From Acutalibacteraceae bacterium (GTDB lineage Bacteria; Bacillota; Clostridia; Oscillospirales; Acutalibacteraceae), in contig JBJEQB010000006.1 in the NCBI GenBank assembly GCA_051881535.1, positions 2,514-66,513 of the forward strand: 64,000 nt of DNA, in the 5' to 3' direction. Below the pieces are notes generated by a model. It did not search any database. It saw only the letters and a program-made list of their open reading frames with translations, and was not told the DNA's origin. Numbering within the stretch: the stretch's first letter is position 1; every line of letters starts with the position of its first letter. Shown here one piece after another: positions 59,831 through 64,000 of the stretch. A program made the position numbers and the translations under genes.

Positions 59831-60775
59831 GTGAAAAAAGTATTATCATTATTAATTATTACTTGCGTAATATTCCTGACGGGCTGTACGGGCAGAAAAA
59901 CTCTTGAAGAAAATGACGCCAACGCTCCCGTAACGGTTGAGGATGCGCGCGAAACTCAAACCCTTACGGCGGCGCAGACTTCATCCGCCGGAATAACCTG
60001 CGCTCTGACGGGCAGACCGCCGCTTCCCACCGCCGTTTTTACCGTTAATGACCCCGAAAACACCCGAGGGCTTTCAAACGAGAAAAAAGAACACAGCTTC
60101 GGCACGGCAAAGAACGGTCAGCCCCATGAAATTTCGGTCAACGCTCAGAAATATTTTGACAGCCTTGACTATAAAGCGGTCTGCTATGACTCAAAGTGCG
60201 CCGAAAAAAGGCTTTATCTGACCTTTGACTGCGGCTGGGAAAACGGCTGCACGGCAAAGGTGCTCGATGTGCTGAAAGAAAAAAAGGTTCCCGCAGCGTT
60301 TTTCTGCACGCTCGATCACATTAAATCTTCACCCGAGCTTATTGCGAGAATGATAAACGAGGGTCATATCGTCGGCAACCATTCCGCAAAGCATCCGAAT
60401 TTTTCGCAAATCTCAAGGCAGAGAATGGCGAAGGAAATTCTGGACTGCGATAATTGGCTGCGCGAAAATTTCGGCTATACCTCCGGATATTTCCGATTCC
60501 CCGAGGGGTGCTACACGGAAAATGCGCTTGAGCTTGTCAGCTCAATGGGCTATAAAAGCATCTTTTGGTCGTGCGCTTATGCGGATTGGGATGTCAAAAA
60601 GACCAAGGGAGGGCAGTATGCCTTTGAAACGGTTACAGCCCGCTTGCACCCGGGTGCGATTATTCTGCTCCACTCGGTTTCGCCCGATAATGCCGAGGCG
60701 CTCGGTGATATTATTGATTGGGCAAGGCAAAACGGCTATGAATTCAAAGCGCTGAGCGATTATAAATTCAGTTAA
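59831..60775 (+). CDS. pdaA: PdaA-like polysaccharide/peptidoglycan deacetylase lipoprotein
   Basis: Lipobox LTGC; LYLTFDCGWENG, GNHS.KHP, FRFPEG, DWD, ILLHSVS. Confidence 0.82.
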   Translation: MKKVLSLLIITCVIFLTGCTGRKTLEENDANAPVTVEDARETQTLTAAQTSSAGITCALTGRPPLPTAVFTVNDPENTRGLSNEKKEHSFGTAKNGQPHEISVNAQKYFDSLDYKAVCYDSKCAEKRLYLTFDCGWENGCTAKVLDVLKEKKVPAAFFCTLDHIKSSPELIARMINEGHIVGNHSAKHPNFSQISRQRMAKEILDCDNWLRENFGYTSGYFRFPEGCYTENALELVSSMGYKSIFWSCAYADWDVKKTKGGQYAFETVTARLHPGAIILLHSVSPDNAEALGDIIDWARQNGYEFKALSDYKFS

Positions 60776-60781
60776 AAATAT

Positions 60782-60824
60782 GCCCGGGAACGGCTTTTGA
60801 GCTGCCGCGCCCGGGCTGTATTTT
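60782..60824. terminator. Terminator between convergent pdaA and CAAX protease genes
   Basis: GCCCGGG / CCCGGGC stem plus TGTATTTT. Confidence 0.55.
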
Positions 60825-60847
60825 ATAAACAATATAATATATGTCCG

Positions 60848-61840
60848 TTATCCGCCGAATGAAACTGAGGATGCGGTTATGGCGAGCATACCGAGAATTG
60901 CGATAACCATGGGCAGGGTAAGAACAAATGCGCTCATCTTTCTTCCCGTTGACAGCTCGGTGAATGACGGCATAAGCTTTCTGCGTCCCTTTAACGCAAC
61001 AAAAATCAGCGAGCCGAGAATTGAAACCGCATAGAGAACAGCCATTGTTATCATATAAACTTTGTTAAGGGTTTCCGTATTTGCAATGTCCTCTATCATA
61101 AATTCCGTTATAACGGAATAGAGGTTGTTGCAGAAATGAATAAGCACTCCCGTCCATATGCTGTTGGTTATGCACACGGCGTAGCCCAAGCCCAAGCCTG
61201 CAATAAAGGCAAACGGAGCCTGAATGAGATTGCCGTGGAGCACGGCAAAAAGAACGGCAGAGGCAATGATTGCGAATTTGTCACCGTATCTTCTCAGCGG
61301 CTGAAGAATCGCTCCTCTGATTGCAAATTCCTCCACGAGCGCGGGCACAACGGCGATTGAAACCGCATAAATAATTCTGCCGGGAATATCGGAGGGAACG
61401 GAGTATTCGGGCGCTCGGAGAGTAAAGCCGATATTATCCATAAAATTCACAAAAATGCTCGAAATATAGTTGCCCGCAAGGCAGACGAAAAAGCCGAAAG
61501 GCACGGCGGAGAGCATCAGAGAGGTGCTTACGGGTTTGCCGAAGTTAAAAACGGAAGCCCCCGTGCGTTTGCTTATCATAATTCCGCCTACGGCAAACGG
61601 AACGAGCAGACCGATAAGGGAAAAGAAAATGTTCACAACGCTTTCCATTGTCGGGTCGCTTTCATAAATCTTGCCTATCGGAGTTGCATAGAGTAACACG
61701 GCGAGAATGTTTTGAATAAAGACATAGGCAATAACGCAGCATCCGGCAATGATGCTGATATATTTTATGTCTTTTTTCTCCTTTTCTTCCTGCAAATAGC
61801 GGGCGGAAGGGGACTGATAATATTGGTTCAAAGTAATCAC
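60848..61840 (-). CDS. CPBP (CAAX/Abi) intramembrane metalloprotease
   Basis: EEFAIRG, FAVLH, H..NN motifs; multi-TM. Confidence 0.88.
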   Translation of the reverse strand: MITLNQYYQSPSARYLQEEKEKKDIKYISIIAGCCVIAYVFIQNILAVLLYATPIGKIYESDPTMESVVNIFFSLIGLLVPFAVGGIMISKRTGASVFNFGKPVSTSLMLSAVPFGFFVCLAGNYISSIFVNFMDNIGFTLRAPEYSVPSDIPGRIIYAVSIAVVPALVEEFAIRGAILQPLRRYGDKFAIIASAVLFAVLHGNLIQAPFAFIAGLGLGYAVCITNSIWTGVLIHFCNNLYSVITEFMIEDIANTETLNKVYMITMAVLYAVSILGSLIFVALKGRRKLMPSFTELSTGRKMSAFVLTLPMVIAILGMLAITASSVSFGG

Positions 61841-61928
61841 CGTCTTGCTTTTTTACTGTTTAGTGGCATTATAACGCAAATTTTTATGTCTTACAAGGGC
61901 ATAAAATTAACTAAGTGTTAAAAATTTG

Positions 61929-61957
61929 TTGTAATATATTAAATTTTGGTGTAAAAT
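61929..61957 (+). promoter_or_regulatory. Putative SigA promoter of glgP
   Basis: TTGTAA, 17 nt, TG-extended TAAAAT. Confidence 0.55.
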
Positions 61958-61992
61958 TATAAAGCATTGTTTTACAGGAGGATGGATTTAAT

Positions 61993-64000
61993 ATGGCAAT
62001 CACAAAAAAAGAGCTTGAAGAAATGATAGCTTCAAAGCTTTCGCATTTTTTCGGAGTTACTCCCAAGGATGCCACGGACGAACAGTTTTACCGCGCGCTC
62101 TCAATCATTTCGAGAGATATGGTCAGAGATTCGCGCAGAGAGTTTGATAAAATATCAAACGAGCAGGGTCAGAAAAAGGTTTACTACCTTTGCATGGAGT
62201 TCCTTATGGGCAGAAGCCTAAAAAACACGCTCTATAACCTCAATCTGACCGAAACGGCAAAGGAGGCTCTTGCGGAATTCGGCGTAAAGCTCGAAAAGCT
62301 TTATGACTGCGAGCCGGACGCAGGCCTCGGCAACGGCGGTCTCGGCAGACTTGCCGCCTGCTATCTTGACGCTCTGGCAAATCAGGGCTACCACGGAATG
62401 GGCTATTCCATTCTTTATGAATACGGCATTTTCAAGCAGAAGATTATTGACGGCTGGCAGACTGAGATGCCCGATTTCTGGCTTCCCGGCGGCGAGGTAT
62501 GGCTTGTTCCCAGAGAGGATAAAACCGTTGATGTTAAGTTTGAGGGTCAGGTTGCCGACAACTGGGAGGGCTCTTTCCACCATGTTGAGCTTGTCGGCTG
62601 CAAAACCGTTAAGGCAGTTCCCTATGATATGATGGTAGCCGGCAAGGACGGCAAGGGCGCCGCCGTGCTCCGCCTCTGGTCGGCAAAGGTTGACGGCATT
62701 GATATGGCGATGTTTAACCAGGGCGATTATATGCGCGCCATGGAAGAAAAGGCAATGGCGGAGGTTATCAGCAAGGTGCTCTATCCTGCGGATAATCACC
62801 CCGAGGGCAAGAGCCTGCGCCTGCGTCAGCAGTATTTCCTTGTTTCCGCTTCAATTCAGGATATAGTTGCAAGACATCTTAAAAACTACGGCTCTCTTGA
62901 TAATTTTGCTGAGAAGAATGCAATTCATATCAACGACACTCACCCGACCCTTGCAATTCCCGAGCTTATGAGAATTATGCTCGATGAGTGCGGCTACGGC
63001 TGGGATGACGCTTACAAAATCGTTGAAGAAGTCTGCGCTTACACCAACCATACGGTTATGGCGGAGGCTCTCGAATGTTGGGGCGAGGATCTTTTCAGCC
63101 GCCTGCTGCCGAGAATTTATCAGCTTGTCAAGGAAATAGATAACCGTTTCAGAAAGAAGATCTGGGACGCAACGGGCGATGCGGGCAGAGTTGAAAGAAT
63201 GGCAATCATCTCAAACGGAGCTGTCAGAATGGCTAACCTTTGCGTTGCAGTCTGCCATAAGGTCAACGGCGTTTCCGCGCTTCACAGCCAAATCCTCAAG
63301 GATTCCGTTTTTCACGATTTCTACACTCTTGAGCCCGATAAATTCACAAATGTTACAAACGGCATAGCTCACCGCCGCTGGCTCTGCCAGGCAAATCCGC
63401 GCCTTACGGGAATGCTCACCGAGCTTATCGGCGACGGCTTTGTTTACGATGCGGGCGAGCTTATCAAGCTGCGCGATTATTCGGGCGACAAGAGCGTGCT
63501 TGAAGAGCTTCACAGAATAAAGACGGAAAACAAGAAGGATTTTGCGGCTCTTGTTAAGAGCAGAACGGGAATTATCCTTGACCCCTCGTCGATTTTTGAT
63601 GTTCAGGTCAAGAGACTTCACGAATATAAGCGCCAGCACCTTAATGCTTTCAATATTCTTGCCAAATACCTTGAAATCAAGGCAAATCCCAACGGAGATT
63701 TTACGCCCCACACCTATATTTTCGGCGCAAAGGCGGCTTCGGGCTACTATATGGCAAAGAAAATCATTGAGTTTATCTGCGCCATTGCAAAGCTGATTGA
63801 CAGTGACCCCGATGTTAAGGGCAGGCTCAAGGTAGTCTATATGGAGGACTATAATGTTACCATGGCGGAGGCGCTTATGCCCGCCGCAGACATCAGCGAG
63901 CAGATTTCCCTTGCAGGCACGGAAGCGAGCGGCACGGGCAATATGAAGCTTATGATTAACGGCGCGGTAACTCTCGGAACCATGGACGGCGCGAATGTTG
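61993..64000 (+). CDS. glgP: Glycogen/alpha-glucan phosphorylase (3' partial; not in ORF track)
   Basis: MAITKKELEEM...; EFLMGR, GLGNGGLGRLAAC, HINDTHP, VQVKRLHEYKRQ, EASGTGNMK; frame open to the window end. Confidence 0.97.
   Translation, partial: MAITKKELEEMIASKLSHFFGVTPKDATDEQFYRALSIISRDMVRDSRREFDKISNEQGQKKVYYLCMEFLMGRSLKNTLYNLNLTETAKEALAEFGVKLEKLYDCEPDAGLGNGGLGRLAACYLDALANQGYHGMGYSILYEYGIFKQKIIDGWQTEMPDFWLPGGEVWLVPREDKTVDVKFEGQVADNWEGSFHHVELVGCKTVKAVPYDMMVAGKDGKGAAVLRLWSAKVDGIDMAMFNQGDYMRAMEEKAMAEVISKVLYPADNHPEGKSLRLRQQYFLVSASIQDIVARHLKNYGSLDNFAEKNAIHINDTHPTLAIPELMRIMLDECGYGWDDAYKIVEEVCAYTNHTVMAEALECWGEDLFSRLLPRIYQLVKEIDNRFRKKIWDATGDAGRVERMAIISNGAVRMANLCVAVCHKVNGVSALHSQILKDSVFHDFYTLEPDKFTNVTNGIAHRRWLCQANPRLTGMLTELIGDGFVYDAGELIKLRDYSGDKSVLEELHRIKTENKKDFAALVKSRTGIILDPSSIFDVQVKRLHEYKRQHLNAFNILAKYLEIKANPNGDFTPHTYIFGAKAASGYYMAKKIIEFICAIAKLIDSDPDVKGRLKVVYMEDYNVTMAEALMPAADISEQISLAGTEASGTGNMKLMINGAVTLGTMDGANV

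Overview
Core-genome window of a Clostridia (Bacillota) chromosome, probably Oscillospirales (inferred from gene content and order). 1-11.3 kb is the distal S10-spc-alpha ribosomal operon (rpsC to rplQ), which lacks adk. It is followed by a MarR-regulated heterodimeric ABC exporter, dac, a GNAT gene, ddl-DUF1934-argS, gyrBA, mgsA, hisS-aspS, serC-serA, ogg and nth repair genes, a beta-propeller lipoprotein, two paralogous secreted lipase-like proteins, HAD-mfd, a Trp T-box-controlled ABC importer, a two-gene sufC/sufB (SMS-like) module, comM, a sortase-type Thr-rich protein, an ECF sigma/anti-sigma pair, pdaA, a CAAX protease and a partial glgP. I saw no rRNA, tRNA, CRISPR array, prophage, transposase or defence system. 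The most unusual signals are non-coding: a nested pair of MITE-like elements behind argS (19.1-19.6 kb; the inner one has perfect 18-bp TIRs, a TA duplication and a highly structured interior), a mirror-arranged GTAG-REP mosaic (39.1-39.6 kb), a DnaA-box cluster far from any dnaA gene (35.7 kb), a candidate multibranch RNA (56.9-57.0 kb) and two real small genes missed by the ORF track. All analysis was by eye; no searches or folding programs were run.
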